64,000 nt of DNA, taken from positions 62,001-126,000 of the forward strand of contig CDMY01000283.1 of the NCBI GenBank assembly GCA_001179505.1. Reading direction: 5' to 3'. This document shows, one piece after another, positions 62,223 through 64,000 of the stretch (the first letter of the stretch is position 1; the number at the start of each line of letters is the position of its first letter). The DNA comes from Vitrella brassicaformis CCMP3155 (lineage: Eukaryota; Protista; Chromerida). The notes under the pieces are model-generated. The model had not been told where the DNA came from, ran no database searches, and saw nothing but the letters and a program-made list of their open reading frames with translations. The position numbers and the translations under genes are program-made.

Positions 62223-64000
62223 CTATCGTCTGTATCTGTATCTCTTGAAGTTGAAGTACAGCTGGAGGATGCCCCGGTCGAACACGCACCTAAAGCCCTT
62301 CTTGTTCTGCAGCTCCCACTCCCGGTTCAAAATCTTGAAGGCCACGTCCTCGTAGGGCGGCCCGGCGTGGAAGCGGATGATGCACGTCTCGGGCGTGTCG
62401 GAGGGCTCCAGGGCGTACGTGGGCGCCTTGGTGGAGTCGAGCAGGTCGGGGTAGAAGAGGTTAAACTACAAGAAAGAGCGATGCAGATGGCTGTATGTCG
62501 TGTGTGTGTGTGTTTGGTCTTTGTGTGTTCTGTACCTTGTAGCCCTGTACCATCTTGGGCGGCGGGTTGTCGTGGTCGTAGTGCGTCTGGTTGTACTTGT
62601 TCCACTCGTAGCCTGTCTTGACGCGGTTGAAAAAACGAGGCTTACGCGGCCTGGATACACACACACACACCGATGACCCGGGCGTGCGTGTGCGTCTGTC
62701 TTGTCTCCCCCTCCCTCCCTCCCTCCCTCCCTCAGTCTCTCTGTCTGTCTGTCTGTCTGTGTGGACCACCGTCCCCACCTGTATTTGTCTTCCCAGTCGT
62801 ACTGCTGCTGTCTGAGTGCGTGCTCGGTCTCGGGCTCCATGACCTGCTCGTCGCTGGCCATGGTCTTCCGCTCCTTGCTCACAAAGTCGTCAAACGAAAA
62901 CTTCTTGACGCCCAGGTCGGCGGCGTCGCCCCTGCCCTCGTGAGACTCCCGCCGGGCCTCCACTGCTGCGGCGGCCAGGCGGACGGCCCGCCTGGCCTTC
63001 TGCTGCTCGATGAGGGCCTGACGCAGCTTCATGCGCTGCTGGTACTCCTGAGACGGCTCCAGAATCTTCACACCAAGCTGCACACACACACACACACACA
63101 CGACAGGGCGAAAGAGGCAGGGCGTGGTGAGAGTGTGTGAGGGTGCGGGGTGGCGTGGCCGTCTATCTATCTGTCTGCCATACTTACCCCCTTGACTTCA
63201 TCCATCGGCCTGACACGAGGGCTGTGTGGCCCGGGACCGACCTCCCTCTCCTCTGCAACCACATCCTCAACACCGGCAGATGCAGCAGCAGCAGCAGCGG
63301 GCGCGGGTTCCGGGGCTGGTGCGGGGAGGGGTGGGGGTGCGTCGTCCTTGTCGTATGGCTCGAGCTCGGGGGAGTATCGCCCGTCGTAGTTGGGGTTGAC
63401 GCCCGTGCCGATAAAGTCCTCAGGCCGGCGGGTGTCCTCCTTCTGCTGGGGCGTCTTGTCGTCACCTGACGCTGCTCCTGGACCTGACGCTGCTCCTGGG
63501 CCGGCCTCAGCATCGGGGATGTTCAACAAACCTGACACATAGACGGATCCCAGCAGGTCGACAGATGTCACTGGTTGTGGTGCGTGTGTGCTTGTGTGTG
63601 TGTTTGTACCAGCGAGGTCCATTTTGAGTGCGGTGTCTCTATGGTGCTGGTCGAGCTGCTGGTCCTTGACCTCTCTTGCCCGTGCGATTGCCTTTGAGTA
63701 CTGGCGGAGGACGTCCGCCTTGGCCCTGAAGAGCGGCAGCTGCGTCTGGATGGCCTCCCAGTAGGCCGAGTCCACCGCCTCGCCGCCGTGATCCAACTTG
63801 CGATTCACCTGACACACATAAGTGGCCACACACACATTGGGTCCCATCTGGTGTGGATGGGTGAGGGGTCATCTCGTTCACCTCTTTCTCCATTTCGTCG
63901 AGTTGTTCAGCCGACTGGCCCGCCAGGAAGGCGTCGATCTCGGCCTTGACGCTCTGCGGAATGCCCGAAGTGGCATCCCGCCTCACCACACCCACACCCA
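62223..64000 (-). CDS. CACTIN: Cactin (spliceosomal C-complex factor), 3' part
   Basis: KPRFFNRVKTGYEWNKYNQTHYDHDNPPPKMVQGYKFNLFYPDLLD...IIRFHAGPPYEDVAFKILNREW...FRCVFDRGILQLYFNFKRYRYRR* is the conserved cactin C-terminal domain; AYWEAIQTQL matches the cactin mid domain. Confidence 0.95.

Noticed and set aside
1-64000. Many long six-frame ORFs rich in HT/CV/RE dipeptides
   Set aside because: They are read-throughs of (CA)n, (TG)n and (AG)n intron microsatellites or of N gaps, or antisense shadows of real exons.
1-64000. tRNA, rRNA, CRISPR arrays or prokaryotic operons
   Set aside because: None recognisable; the sequence is eukaryotic nuclear DNA.

Overview
Eukaryotic, intron-dense, GC-rich window. 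Short GT-AG introns are packed with (CA)n/(TG)n/(AG)n/(CT)n tracts, and two genes carry signal peptide + transit peptide-like presequences. This is most consistent with a chromerid alveolate such as Vitrella brassicaformis (inference). Single-copy genes reconstructed by eye: 3' end of an ARM-like gene (1-1582 +), a plastid-targeted GrpE-like gene with an unusual C-terminal hydrophobic helix (2140-3960 -), a DUF4336-like protein fused to a long 36-aa-repeat coiled coil (48460-53430 -), a TetA/DHA1-type MFS transporter (53756-55476 +), three secreted genes (two Cys-rich, two sharing an RR-terminated motif; 56003-61380), a small membrane protein, and the 3' part of cactin (62223-64000 -). About 7.4-38.8 kb, plus an inverted outlier at 44.0-45.1 kb, is a mosaic tandem array of three interleaved intron-rich gene families. 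Family A encodes basic proteins with retroviral-type CX2CX4HX4C zinc knuckles and is built from phase-0 exons; families B and C are coiled coils. Copies are intact, pseudogenised or chimeric, and no RT, integrase or LTR is visible. Four 300-N gaps lie inside the array, so copy number is uncertain. All gene models are manual and unverified by RNA data.
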